NCBI RefSeq assembly: GCF_001194135.2
Contig: NC_068981.1
Location: 94,970,118-95,034,117 of the forward strand
DNA: 64,000 nt
Origin: Octopus bimaculoides
Lineage: Eukaryota
Reading direction: 5' to 3'
Shown here piece by piece: positions 63,292-64,000 of the stretch. The translations under genes and the position numbers were made by a program. The notes below the pieces were generated by a model that was not told the DNA's origin, made no database searches, and saw only the letters and a list, made by a program, of their open reading frames with translations. How positions within the stretch are numbered: the first letter of the stretch is position 1; each line of letters opens with the position of its first letter.

Positions 63292-64000
63292 CACACGCAT
63301 ATATATATATGGCATTAATTTGCGTTTCAAATGTTTGTGCAGTTGTTCATTGTGTGTGTGTGTGTGTGTGTGTGGCGGGACCCATGAATATTTCACGGAA
63401 TTGATGGTAAACCTATTGGGTTATTTCTGAAAACTTTATCCAAAAACCCTGAAGGTGTAGTCTGTGTTGTGTCTGTATGGAAAGAGAGTCTCTCATCTGC
63501 TACTCATTGAAAAGTGAAAGAAACGGAAATACGAGGGTTACTTAATGCACTTTTTATATTTTATGCACAATTTTATACACTTAATACACAGCACTCTTAA
63601 AGTAAATACCCACTCTTATTTTTCTATTTTCCCCCATAAACAAACAAATAAAAAAAAAATAACCCGTACCTATGATACAAACTTGAGTTAAATTGCATAT
63701 ATCTGCCACATAAATAAGCGTGAATATTTCACGGAATTGCACTTATGCACATGCGTTAAGTGATAGGTGATATAAAAAAGCTGGTTAATCTCCAGTTTCT
63801 GATCCGGACAAAAATATGAAAAAAAAAAAAAATAGTGTAATAGGTGTAAAACAACTTGTAGTAAACGAATATGGAAAAAAAAATGCGCGCTGGCGAATGG
63901 GGCGGGAAGAGATGACTCGGAAAATTCACATCGGGCATGTTCTATAAAGAGATAGTCTCTCTGTCTGTTTTTCTGTCTTTTGATTAAGATGATAAAGATT

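Noticed and set aside
1-64000. CRISPR arrays, rRNA, or prokaryotic/viral operons
   Set aside because: No regularly spaced repeat-spacer array, rRNA-like sequence or dense intact ORFs were seen.

Overview
AT-rich animal genomic DNA. The repeat content (tRNA-headed SINEs with internal microsatellites, atgatg-tailed SINEs, (TACA)n) looks cephalopod/Octopus-like; that assignment is from my recognition of the repeats, not from a search. The scaffold has many N gaps, and all ORF-track entries containing X runs are artefacts. One host gene is clearly supported: a minus-strand SWEET sugar transporter (SLC50A1-like). Three consecutive coding exons (12253-12320, 11600-11677, 4104-4227) splice in frame to MAVEDIISWVTTVCTIGVSLIGFEICAKIARKGSPGDISFIPFLIMFISACLWLKYGLLRRVFTVVFVNSVAALLQGMYMCIYYTYSLQR, the first MtN3 repeat. 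The remaining exons were not found in called sequence. The start-codon exon has a splice acceptor, so a further upstream exon must exist. CpG depletion from 1 to about 42.6 kb suggests the transcription unit may extend about 30 kb further, to a candidate first exon near 43.15 kb. The rest of the window is transposon-derived: SINEs, Helitron/HINE ends, two maT (DD37D) copies, mariners, a piggyBac relic, R4-like and CRE-like non-LTR fragments, and a near-full-length Tx1-type LINE. The LINE carries a nested small LTR element with a tRNA-Trp primer site. The most interesting observations are that nested LTR element, a unique ~235-bp inverted duplication, candidate regulatory exons and uORFs of SWEET, a TATA/CCAAT promoter upstream of the LINE, and a 40-bp hairpin near the right end. 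No prokaryotic-type system, CRISPR array or rRNA is present.
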